Source: a virus
DNA length: 34,832 nucleotides
Strand: one strand, 5' to 3'
IMG/VR virus record: IMGVR_UViG_3300009497_000003
Location: 1 to 34,832 of that record
Shown in pieces: positions 1 to 6,796 of this stretch. The notes beneath the pieces were generated by a model that was given only the letters and a program-made list of their open reading frames with translations, was not told the DNA's origin and did no database searches. Both the position numbers and the translations under genes were made by a program. Each line of letters begins with the position of its first letter. Within the stretch, counting starts at the first letter, position 1.

Positions 1-123
1 CAAACAAACAAACAATCAAACAATGAAGCACAAGTACGAAATAGGACAACGAGTAGTCTATCGAGGAGACTTCGGAATGGGACGAAGAGAAGAAGTAGTC
101 ATCATTGGAATGGGTGAGAAGAA
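1..123. repeat. Terminal direct repeat, left copy (identical to 34710-34832)
   Basis: Direct comparison shows the first 123 nt of the window are identical to the last 123 nt. This gives a genome unit of 34,709 bp. It is either a circular-assembly overlap or a short DTR. Confidence 0.95.
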
Positions 124-196
124 CGATAGGCCAGTATATGACTTAGATAATGGTCACTGGTGCTATGAAAATCAAATTGAAAAAGTCAGAAAATGA
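23..196 (+). CDS. hypothetical small protein (57 aa, MKHKYEIGQRVVYRGDFG...)
   Basis: ATG at 23 follows the CAAACAAACAA leader directly. The TGA stop at 194-196 overlaps the next ATG (ATGA coupling). The ORF is below the ORF-track size cut-off. Its 5' part is duplicated at 34732-34832. Confidence 0.55.
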   Translation: MKHKYEIGQRVVYRGDFGMGRREEVVIIGMGEKNDRPVYDLDNGHWCYENQIEKVRK

Positions 197-429
197 AAGA
201 GTTAATGGAACTTCAGAAACTTCATAATGAAGCGGCTGAAATATTGAAGCAGATAATTGTAGTTGATCAACAACTGGATTCTGCTCGTGTCATTCTGGAC
301 TCAGACATCAGTAGCAAGATGAGGGCAAAAATATTAGTTGAGGTCACTAAGTTTCTGGAGAAATACAAGGACCTGAGATTGAATTACGATAAAGTCACAA
401 ATCAAATCAAACAAGCAAATTACCTATAG
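193..429 (+). CDS. hypothetical protein (78 aa, helical/coiled-coil-like)
   Basis: ORF track entry. ATGA overlap with the upstream ORF and tight packing with the next gene. Confidence 0.6.
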   Translation: MKELMELQKLHNEAAEILKQIIVVDQQLDSARVILDSDISSKMRAKILVEVTKFLEKYKDLRLNYDKVTNQIKQANYL

Positions 430-431
430 AA

Positions 432-1502
432 ATGAATGAACTATCAATTGAGGTCAAGCCAGTACAGGTAAAGATCTCCAAAGCAGTCAAGGGATGGACA
501 CCAGAAGAAGTTGCCATCATTCAGAAGGATATCGCCAAAGGCACATCACCAAGCGAATTAGCTTATTTCCTGAATGTTTGCAAGGCGCATGGACTTAATC
601 CATTTCTCAAAGAAATTTGGTGTTACAAGGACCATAAAGGAAACCTGATAATTTTCGCAGGTAGACAGGGACTTTTGACAATGGCCCAACGCAATCCGCA
701 ATACTCTGGAATGAGATCTTGTGAAGTATGTGAGAATGATCAATTCTCCATAGATGTTGCAAACGATCAAGTGATTCATACAGTCACAGAAATGGACCCG
801 AAAAAACGAGGCTCCATAGTTGGAGCCTATGCCCGATGTTTCCGGAAAGATGGTGAACCTTCATTGGCCTTCGTTCCAATTGGGGACTATGACAAAGGAG
901 GTCGGGGACCTTGGACAACTCATAAAGCCGACATGATTAAGAAGGTTGCTGAAGTGAGAGTCTTGAAATTGGCCTTTGGATTTGCAGGAGTTCAAAACCC
1001 TTATGAGTGGGATGTGGATTCAACCGGAAAGACTATGCCCATTAGAACAGAAATAGCCGGGTTTGAATACATTGGACGAATAGAAACCCTTGCAGAAAGT
1101 GTACTTGCCGGTGATGAACTGGAAGATTGTCTGGATGAATTGTCACGCGATATTCCAAGATTCAGAGCAGACCAAATCTGGGGTTATCTGAAGGAGAAGC
1201 AGTCGCATGATCCTTTAGCCCAAAACGTATTCTCAGGCAGTCTATACGACGAAGTGAAGGACTATGAGAAGAGACACCCGGAAATCAAAAAGGAAGCGAC
1301 TAAGGCAGTTGAAACGATCAACCTTGACGATGTAAGCGCAAAGATTGTAGAGGCTGAAGCCAAAAGGGAATTGAACTTTATTCAAAAAATGTGGGCCTGT
1401 ACTGACATTGAAGCACTGGATAAACTCTACAATTCAATTCACAAGAAAAGTGAGTCAATTACGAAAGAGTACAAACAAATCAAAAAAGAAATCAATGGTT
1501 AA
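432..1502 (+). CDS. recT: RecT/Bet-family single-strand annealing (recombination) protein
   Basis: The N-terminal 200 aa read like the RecT/phage Bet family: TPEEVAIIQKDIAKGTSPSELAYFLNVCKAHGLNPFLKEIW...IFAGRQGLLTMAQRNP...GAYARCF...HKADMIKKVAEVRVLKLAFG. Identified by eye only. Confidence 0.7.
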   Translation: MNELSIEVKPVQVKISKAVKGWTPEEVAIIQKDIAKGTSPSELAYFLNVCKAHGLNPFLKEIWCYKDHKGNLIIFAGRQGLLTMAQRNPQYSGMRSCEVCENDQFSIDVANDQVIHTVTEMDPKKRGSIVGAYARCFRKDGEPSLAFVPIGDYDKGGRGPWTTHKADMIKKVAEVRVLKLAFGFAGVQNPYEWDVDSTGKTMPIRTEIAGFEYIGRIETLAESVLAGDELEDCLDELSRDIPRFRADQIWGYLKEKQSHDPLAQNVFSGSLYDEVKDYEKRHPEIKKEATKAVETINLDDVSAKIVEAEAKRELNFIQKMWACTDIEALDKLYNSIHKKSESITKEYKQIKKEING

Positions 1503-1806
1503 TTTTATCAATCGGAGAAATCTGACATTAGGAGTCCCAAGGATTCCAGTGTTCAAAGCCTACCTGTATAAAGCAGAGAAGATATTTTTCTTCTTCAATG
1601 TTTTATCTGAGAAGTGCATAGCTGCTTCAGGAGTTCAATCTAAAGTACACGATTACTTGATTGACATTGGGTACACAGAAGGCATAGGAAGCTACCAAGA
1701 CATTCTTGATACTGGAGATAAAGATGCATGGGTAGAAATTCACATGGAAATGTGTACTGAAGTAGCCATAGTAATCATGAAAAGAGAGGGTATTTACCAT
1801 GAATGA
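1495..1806 (+). CDS. hypothetical protein (start uncertain)
   Basis: This is the only open frame across 1503-1798. The track ORF starts at 1408 but would overlap recT by 95 nt. The ATG at 1495 overlaps the recT stop by 8 nt. The N-terminal part looks weakly protein-like. Confidence 0.4.
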   Translation: MVNFINRRNLTLGVPRIPVFKAYLYKAEKIFFFFNVLSEKCIAASGVQSKVHDYLIDIGYTEGIGSYQDILDTGDKDAWVEIHMEMCTEVAIVIMKREGIYHE

Positions 1807-2014
1807 AAAATTCGAAAATGTTGCAGAACAAATGGGTCGAGATCTTCTTGCCCAAGGAGAATTGGCGTGGGTGGAATTTATAGTGTGTATGGGTGATTCA
1901 GTAAGCCTGAATGAAAGGGATAAGGATATGTTTATTGCTGGACACCTAAGGGGAGCTACCAATGGTCTACTGCTCTACAAAAAAGCACATGACTCACTCG
2001 ATGACAAAGACTAA
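1799..2014 (+). CDS. hypothetical protein (71 aa)
   Basis: ORF track entry. The ATG overlaps the upstream stop (ATGAATGA). Confidence 0.55.
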   Translation: MNEKFENVAEQMGRDLLAQGELAWVEFIVCMGDSVSLNERDKDMFIAGHLRGATNGLLLYKKAHDSLDDKD

Positions 2015-2195
2015 GTTTTCGAAAGGGGACAAAGTTTCCTTCAAAAAGAAAGGTAAGTGGTACTATGGGACCATATATGACGGAGAGTTGATTGCTGGTT
2101 CCACCTATTACCGGATCAATTCAAAAGAAGAAGAAGCCAAATTTGGTAGAGTAATTAAAAATGAAAACGATATAAAGTATGCGTTTGACAATTGA
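1989..2195 (+). CDS. hypothetical small protein, SH3/KOW-like look (KGDKVSFKKKGKWYYGTIY)
   Basis: The track ORF is 1962-2195. In-frame ATGs occur at 1962, 1989 and 2001. 1989 was chosen because it has the A-rich upstream context. The start is uncertain. Confidence 0.5.
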   Translation: MTHSMTKTKFSKGDKVSFKKKGKWYYGTIYDGELIAGSTYYRINSKEEEAKFGRVIKNENDIKYAFDN

Positions 2196-2385
2196 AATCC
2201 TGAACAAGGAGTTAGTAATGTTATTCATAGAAGAACGTCGAATCCGAGAGGTCTGTTCAAAACAGATCATTGAAGACAATCAAAAGTTAGCCTTGAAAGA
2301 AATTGAATCGAGAGTCCATGAACTCACAAACACTCTGGAAACCCTGCTGTTAGTGGAGTCAGTCATCGATAGTTCCAAAAAATAA
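2179..2385 (+). CDS. hypothetical protein (68 aa, coiled-coil-like)
   Basis: ORF track entry. It is the last gene before an intergenic promoter region. Confidence 0.55.
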   Translation: MRLTIEILNKELVMLFIEERRIREVCSKQIIEDNQKLALKEIESRVHELTNTLETLLLVESVIDSSKK

Positions 2386-2395
2386 ATTTTCACTT

Positions 2396-2428
2396 TTTGT
2401 TAGACTTTCGAAGAAATGCCTACTTTTA
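2396..2428 (+). promoter_or_regulatory. Bacteroidota-type promoter cassette (copy 2, degenerate)
   Basis: TTTG at 2396-2399 lies 21 nt upstream of the -7-like box TACTTTTA (2421-2428). The cassette-like sequence TTTCGAAGAAATGCCTAC starts at 2406. It is followed by the leader AAATCAAACAAACAAACAATCAAAACAACAAAAG and the ATG at 2465. Confidence 0.55.
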
Positions 2429-2464
2429 CAAAATCAAACAAACAAACAATCAAAACAACAAAAG

Positions 2465-2653
2465 ATGAACACAGTAGAAACAGCAAAACAGGAATTAAGC
2501 AAAGTAGATTTTCAACACATTATTGCAATAGCAACCAAAAAATTCTCAGATGCTTGTTATGATGAAGGCTTGTCAGTTGAAAAGGCAAAACAATTATTAT
2601 ACAGCAAACAAGGTCTTGATACAATAGCTAAAATAGCAGCCAAATTAATATAA
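2465..2653 (+). CDS. hypothetical protein (62 aa)
   Basis: ORF track entry, preceded by a promoter and A/C-rich leader. Confidence 0.6.
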   Translation: MNTVETAKQELSKVDFQHIIAIATKKFSDACYDEGLSVEKAKQLLYSKQGLDTIAKIAAKLI

Positions 2654-2686
2654 AAATAAAAGCACTAAAAAAACTCACCTCACCTG

Positions 2687-2716
2687 CTCCGCCTCCTTCA
2701 TTGGTCGCGGGGTTTT
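2687..2716 (+). terminator. possible weak intrinsic terminator / GC-rich hairpin
   Basis: CTCCGC (2687-2692) can pair with GCGGGG (2707-2712), with an inner CC/GG pair. TTTT follows at 2713-2716. This is the only GC-rich island in an AT-rich spacer. The U-tract is short. Confidence 0.35.
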
Positions 2717-2744
2717 CGAGGTAAAAACAAACAAACCAAGCAAA

Positions 2745-3083
2745 ATGGAGAATTTCAACATTACAATTCAAGAAGAAGTCAAGAAAGCAATGACTTGGCA
2801 CCAAGCCCCGGAATTTATTCAAGCAATTCGAAGGTCAGTAAAGGTCTGGAGTTGGGGTCCTCAGGCTTTCAAACTTTACGACAAAAAAATAGTTCGATTC
2901 AAAGTAAACGCCCACAGATTCAAAGGCCACGTTTATCTCTGGATAAATTTTTCTGATACAATGGAGGTTCGCTTAGTGACAACCAAGGGAAGGTTAGTCA
3001 AAGAATGGAGTGGAATTTACATTGATCAAGTCATTGATGTAATTGATCGTGAGATTGAATACATAGCAGAATACACAAGATGA
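2745..3083 (+). CDS. hypothetical protein (112 aa)
   Basis: ORF track entry, preceded by the leader AAAAACAAACAAACCAAGCAAA. Confidence 0.6.
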   Translation: MENFNITIQEEVKKAMTWHQAPEFIQAIRRSVKVWSWGPQAFKLYDKKIVRFKVNAHRFKGHVYLWINFSDTMEVRLVTTKGRLVKEWSGIYIDQVIDVIDREIEYIAEYTR

Positions 3084-3436
3084 TACAAGGTTTCGAAGAT
3101 TACACGCACGAACTTACCAAGGAAGAAATTTCCTTGGCTTTAGTAATGAAAATAGCTTTCATGAATCACCACAACAATGTCAGTAATACTGTTGCAGCCT
3201 CCAGAATAGTAGCGTGGGCTAAAGCAAGATTCAACATTAAAATCACAGGTCCAAGAATTCGCAAGATTATTCACTACCTCAGAGTGACTCATGAAATGCC
3301 TATAGTTGGAACAAATTCCGGATACTATCAAGCCACCAACAGAGAAGAGGTTAGGAAGTACTTAGTTGGATTGAAACAACGCATTGATAGCCAAGTTGAA
3401 ATCTATGAGATCATGCAAATAATATCAAACAAATGA
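3080..3436 (+). CDS. hypothetical protein (118 aa), possibly winged-helix-like
   Basis: ORF track entry with ATGA coupling at both ends. The function is not recognisable by eye. Confidence 0.6.
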   Translation: MIQGFEDYTHELTKEEISLALVMKIAFMNHHNNVSNTVAASRIVAWAKARFNIKITGPRIRKIIHYLRVTHEMPIVGTNSGYYQATNREEVRKYLVGLKQRIDSQVEIYEIMQIISNK

Positions 3437-3582
3437 AGCAGTACGATTTAAGCAAACTGACACCAGAAGAAAGAGTGTTATGGAATTACTACCAAGATAA
3501 AATTCAGTATGAGGGGGTCATAGTATCCGAAAAGGCGAGAAAAAAATTGAAGGAACTTCAGAAAAAAGCCAGTACCAGATGA
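3433..3582 (+). CDS. hypothetical small protein (49 aa, MKQYDLSKLTPEERVLWNYYQDK...)
   Basis: Hand-translated ORF that exactly fills the gap between two genes, with ATGA overlaps at both ends. It is below the track cut-off. Confidence 0.5.
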   Translation: MKQYDLSKLTPEERVLWNYYQDKIQYEGVIVSEKARKKLKELQKKASTR

Positions 3583-4253
3583 AAGACCCGGCATTTTTAT
3601 TCTATTCGTCAGACTTTTTGACTGGAGTTAGTGATCTTACTATGGTTGAAAGGGGCCAATACATCACCCTCCTGTGTCTTCACCATCAAAAAGGACGATT
3701 GACACCTAAAACAATTTCTGTAGTCATACAGGACGTTTCTGTGGATGTTCTCGCAAAATTCGAAACGGATGAAGAGGGTAATTTGTTCAACTCCAGATTG
3801 GAGGAAGAAATGGAGCGACGAGCAAAATTCAAAAAGAAGCAAAAAATCAATGGGGCAAAGGGAGGTAGACCAAAGAAAACCCAAACCATAACCCAAAGAA
3901 AACCCAAAGCAAACCCTTTAGAAGATGAAGATGAAAATGAAACTGAAACAATAGTTAGAACAAGAAAAAAGAAATTTGAAAAGCCAAGTATCGAAATGAT
4001 CCAATTGCAAATGCAAGCAAAGGGATTAAGTCCGGATGATTCATTTCTGGAAGCTGAGAGTTTTTTCGATTACTATGAAAGTAACGGATGGAAAGTTGGA
4101 AAGAATCCAATGAAGTCCTATGCACACTCAATAAACAACTGGATACGAAACAAAGAAAAGTTCACCAATGAAAAACAAAGTCCAAAAGATCGACGCTCAA
4201 ACCTTGCCAACATTCTCAACCAACGTGGACATATTAATAGCCATGAAGAGTGA
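3579..4253 (+). CDS. DUF1376-like phage replication-associated protein
   Basis: The N-terminus FLFYSSDFLTGVSDLTMVERGQYITLLCLHHQKG matches the DUF1376 pattern (FxFYxxDFLxxTxxLxxxExGxYxxLL). A basic/acidic linker follows, then a C-terminal FFDYYESNGWKVGKNPMKSY...NW module common in phage replication organisers. Confidence 0.6.
   Translation: MKDPAFLFYSSDFLTGVSDLTMVERGQYITLLCLHHQKGRLTPKTISVVIQDVSVDVLAKFETDEEGNLFNSRLEEEMERRAKFKKKQKINGAKGGRPKKTQTITQRKPKANPLEDEDENETETIVRTRKKKFEKPSIEMIQLQMQAKGLSPDDSFLEAESFFDYYESNGWKVGKNPMKSYAHSINNWIRNKEKFTNEKQSPKDRRSNLANILNQRGHINSHEE
3870..3950. repeat. Iteron-like direct repeats plus GAANNT hexamer tract inside the DUF1376 gene linker
   Basis: The 16-mer CCAAAGAAAACCCAAA occurs at 3870-3885 and 3893-3908. 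Five phased hexamers follow: GAAGAT GAAGAT GAAAAT GAAACT GAAACA (3921-3950). Confidence 0.7.
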
Positions 4254-4659
4254 GTACCAACTGAGTAAGTTGAAGAGATCCGGGATTGGAATTTCCTATG
4301 TAGCAGCTATGCTGAACGAATTGACTGCATTTGTTCGATGTGATCTGAATGATTTACAGGTGGTCCAAACTGCAGAAATGATTTGTCAGGAATTTTGGTA
4401 CCTGAAAGCTGAAGAGTTAATCTTGATATTCAAGAAGGGAATGAAGACCAAACAGTATGGTGGATTCAACTTCCAGATCTTCTGTGAGTGGGTTCAGAAT
4501 TACGAGCAAAGCAAATTGGAGGTCATAGAGAGTATGCATCAATCCATCAAGGGGAAATATCACATCAATGCTGAAAGGACCTCAGAAGTAGCCAGAATAA
4601 GCAAGGAGTCAATTGACTGGGCAAGTCAGCAGAAAGCAATTCAAAACCTGAAGAAATGA
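4243..4659 (+). CDS. hypothetical protein (138 aa; start uncertain)
   Basis: The track ORF starts at 4168, which would give an 86-nt overlap. The ATG at 4243 overlaps the upstream stop by only 11 nt. Confidence 0.55.
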   Translation: MKSEYQLSKLKRSGIGISYVAAMLNELTAFVRCDLNDLQVVQTAEMICQEFWYLKAEELILIFKKGMKTKQYGGFNFQIFCEWVQNYEQSKLEVIESMHQSIKGKYHINAERTSEVARISKESIDWASQQKAIQNLKK

Positions 4660-5576
4660 GGCACGGAAGTCTATTCTCTGGAATTGGTGGCTTTGACCTT
4701 GCTGCAGAATGGATGGGGTGGGAGAACGTCTTCCATTGTGAGTGGAACGAGTTCGGAAGAAAAGTATTAAATCATTATTGGCCTGAATCAAAAAGCTATG
4801 AAGACATCACTAAGACAGACTTCACTATTCACAGAGGAGAAATCGACGTACTCACCGGAGGATTCCCATGTCAACCATACTCAACAGCCGGAAAGCGAAA
4901 AGGGAAGGAAGACGAACGCCATCTCTGGCCTGAAATGCTTAGAGCAATTCGAGAGATTAAGCCGACCTACGTTGTGGGCGAAAATGTTCGCGGCCTTGTT
5001 AATTGGTCAGGGGGATTGGTATTCGAGGAGGTGTGCGCTGACTTGGAAGCTGAAGGGTACGAAGTACAGCCGTTTCTACTTCCAGCTTGCGGCAAAGACG
5101 CTCCACACAGAAGAGATCGAATCTGGTTTGTTGCCCACCGTAACAACGGAAACGGGGAGAAAGTCGGACTTCAAGCAAGGAGGGAAGAGTATTTGGACGG
5201 GCTTAAAGACGTCAGGGATGCTGCCAACTCCAAGAGAAGCCGCAGCGAGAGGGAACACATCAATAGACAGAAACAAAGGAAACTTGGAAGATGTGATAGC
5301 GAGAATGCTCCCAACACCTACGGCAAGCGAGGGTGGAACAAAAATGACGGGGAACGAAAAGGAGAAAAGAAGTGTACTACAATTAGTCAAGCAAGCGCAT
5401 GGGAAAACTTCCCAACTCAATCCCCGATTTGTGGCGGAGATGATGGGCTTCCCGACAAATTGGACGGAATTACCTTTCCTAAATGGAGAAACGAAAGCAT
5501 TAAAGCCTACGGAAATGCGGTAGTGCCTCAGATACCTTTTGAGATATTCAAAGCAATTCAAAACCTGAATGAATGA
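4656..5576 (+). CDS. dcm: DNA (cytosine-5)-methyltransferase
   Basis: Motif I is LFSGIGGFD, motif IV is GGFPCQPYS, motif VI is VVGENVRGL, motif VIII is PHRRDRIWFVA and motif X is AYGNAVVPQIP. The TRD region is a charged low-complexity tract. Confidence 0.9.
   Translation: MRHGSLFSGIGGFDLAAEWMGWENVFHCEWNEFGRKVLNHYWPESKSYEDITKTDFTIHRGEIDVLTGGFPCQPYSTAGKRKGKEDERHLWPEMLRAIREIKPTYVVGENVRGLVNWSGGLVFEEVCADLEAEGYEVQPFLLPACGKDAPHRRDRIWFVAHRNNGNGEKVGLQARREEYLDGLKDVRDAANSKRSRSEREHINRQKQRKLGRCDSENAPNTYGKRGWNKNDGERKGEKKCTTISQASAWENFPTQSPICGGDDGLPDKLDGITFPKWRNESIKAYGNAVVPQIPFEIFKAIQNLNE
4798..5523 (+). other. Nested +1-frame ORF (241 codons) inside dcm with methyltransferase-like motifs
   Basis: No stop codon occurs for 726 nt in the second + frame. 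The C-terminal half reads LLPTVTTE...MLPTPREA...MLPTPTASEGG...QLNPRFVAEMMGFPTNWT. Its status is unresolved: dual coding, recoding, an indel pair or a composition effect. Confidence 0.3.
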
Positions 5577-5776
5577 TGGTAAAAGTGAAAATAGAGGTTG
5601 AAAACGATGAATCTAAAGATGAAAGTCAAATCTACCAAGTGCCAGTGGTCCCGGAGAATGGAGAATTAATATACGTCATGTGGGGAGGAGAAACCTCAGT
5701 AATTCAATTGAGTGGTAAACTCTGGACAATGGACAACCTTGAATATGACGTTTGCTTCAGGGGAGATATATTGTAA
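5573..5776 (+). CDS. hypothetical protein (67 aa)
   Basis: ORF track entry with ATGA coupling to dcm. Confidence 0.55.
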   Translation: MMVKVKIEVENDESKDESQIYQVPVVPENGELIYVMWGGETSVIQLSGKLWTMDNLEYDVCFRGDIL

Positions 5777-5785
5777 ATAGAGATC

Positions 5786-5992
5786 ATGAAAAGTTGTAAA
5801 ATTTCAGTCAAGTCCTTAAAACCAATAGATCCATGTAAACAGGTTCGTTCTTACTATGAAGACTATCCAATTTTAGATTGTCCCAAATGTGGTAAGACTC
5901 ATCACCAACCAGAGTACCTAAACCCCAAACACCCTGACTTTGGAGTAGGATTCAGATGTATGACCTGCATGAGTTTCAATGAATTAATTTGA
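5786..5992 (+). CDS. hypothetical zinc-ribbon-like protein (68 aa)
   Basis: Cys pairs CPKCG...CMTC fit a four-Cys zinc ribbon. Confidence 0.55.
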   Translation: MKSCKISVKSLKPIDPCKQVRSYYEDYPILDCPKCGKTHHQPEYLNPKHPDFGVGFRCMTCMSFNELI

Positions 5993-6018
5993 AAAAAAGC
6001 CGATATTTTATGTTGGAA

Positions 6019-6040
6019 TTTGAAAAACAGCCTATATTCG
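6019..6040 (+). promoter_or_regulatory. Bacteroidota-type promoter cassette (copy 3)
   Basis: The sequence is TTTGAAAAACAGCCTATATTCG. The -7-like box TATATTCG is at 6033-6040. TTG at 6013-6015 lies 17 nt upstream. It is followed by the leader CACCATCAAACAAACAAAAAAACAAACAAAA and the ATG at 6072. Confidence 0.65.
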
Positions 6041-6071
6041 CACCATCAAACAAACAAAAAAACAAACAAAA

Positions 6072-6215
6072 ATGATGTGCTACATTGAATATTTAAATGC
6101 GGAAGAAGGTCACAGACTTACACGCAGAATCTTCATGAACTTCGACAAAGCAGAAGCATGGGGACGGAAACAACTCAGCAATTTTAGTTACGACATGATA
6201 CACCTTTTGAAATGA
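6072..6215 (+). CDS. hypothetical small protein (47 aa, MMCYIEYLNAEEGHRL...)
   Basis: Hand-translated. It starts directly after the leader, and its stop overlaps the next ATG (ATGA). Confidence 0.5.
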   Translation: MMCYIEYLNAEEGHRLTRRIFMNFDKAEAWGRKQLSNFSYDMIHLLK

Positions 6216-6796
6216 GACAGACAGACGAAGAATTCGAGCAAGAGATTCAGCAAAAGCGAGAACTCAGAAAAATAGAGAAAGAAATTAGGTCCAACTTAGA
6301 AGGAGCCGACTTAAAGATCTTCAGAACAGGAGTAAACAATGAAAAGGTGATGATTTATGTATCTGGTTTCGAGTTTCTGGAGGAGGTAATTACAAAATAC
6401 CCACCAACTAAGTTGAGTCGATTCATAGAGCATGGAAGAACCGAAAATGAATTGTTGAGTCCATACAAATTGGACATTGAAAACAAAGTTCGAGAATCAG
6501 CCGACTTAGCCATTCGATACATTTCTGGAAATCATGAAGTTTGGATTAAAGGAAAAATGCCTCCAGACATTAAAGCGAAATACTGCGTGATAGGTAATAG
6601 AAATTTACCTACATCTTGCTACCATTACTTCACAGGAGTCTCTGGTTCCCAATTAAGGTCCATGAAATTACCAGACTTGAAATGGAATTCAAACTACAAA
6701 ATGTTAAACTGGTACGGAGGACAACATACATTGATGGATGAGTATGCAGTCGAGCTGATAATGGAATCATTGAAAAAACTAAAAAAAGAAGCATGA
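6212..6796 (+). CDS. hypothetical protein (194 aa)
   Basis: ORF track entry, coupled to both neighbours. Confidence 0.65.
   Translation: MRQTDEEFEQEIQQKRELRKIEKEIRSNLEGADLKIFRTGVNNEKVMIYVSGFEFLEEVITKYPPTKLSRFIEHGRTENELLSPYKLDIENKVRESADLAIRYISGNHEVWIKGKMPPDIKAKYCVIGNRNLPTSCYHYFTGVSGSQLRSMKLPDLKWNSNYKMLNWYGGQHTLMDEYAVELIMESLKKLKKEA

Noticed and set aside
1627-1962. 111-aa minus-strand ORF in the weakly coding 1500-2000 region
   Set aside because: It overlaps two + strand ORFs with translational coupling signals, has no promoter-like box on the minus strand, and would be the only reverse gene in the genome. It cannot be fully excluded because the + strand ORF 1495-1806 is itself weak.
2654-2744. 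GC-rich island in the 2654-2744 spacer as a possible small RNA or attP core
   Set aside because: It folds only into a modest hairpin followed by TTTT, which fits a weak terminator. There are no repeats elsewhere in the window, no integrase, and no conserved RNA motif that I recognise.
2885-2905. GTTCGATTC, a T-psi-C-loop-like string suggesting a tRNA
   Set aside because: The flanking bases cannot form a T-arm stem (AATAG versus CAAAG) or an acceptor stem, and the site lies inside ORF 2745-3083. I found no tRNA-like cloverleaf elsewhere.
5076-5561. 161-aa minus-strand ORF opposite the methyltransferase TRD region
   Set aside because: The region is purine-rich and T-poor on the + strand, which depletes stop codons in several frames. 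The translation has no recognisable features. It is useful only as a caution for the dual-frame finding.
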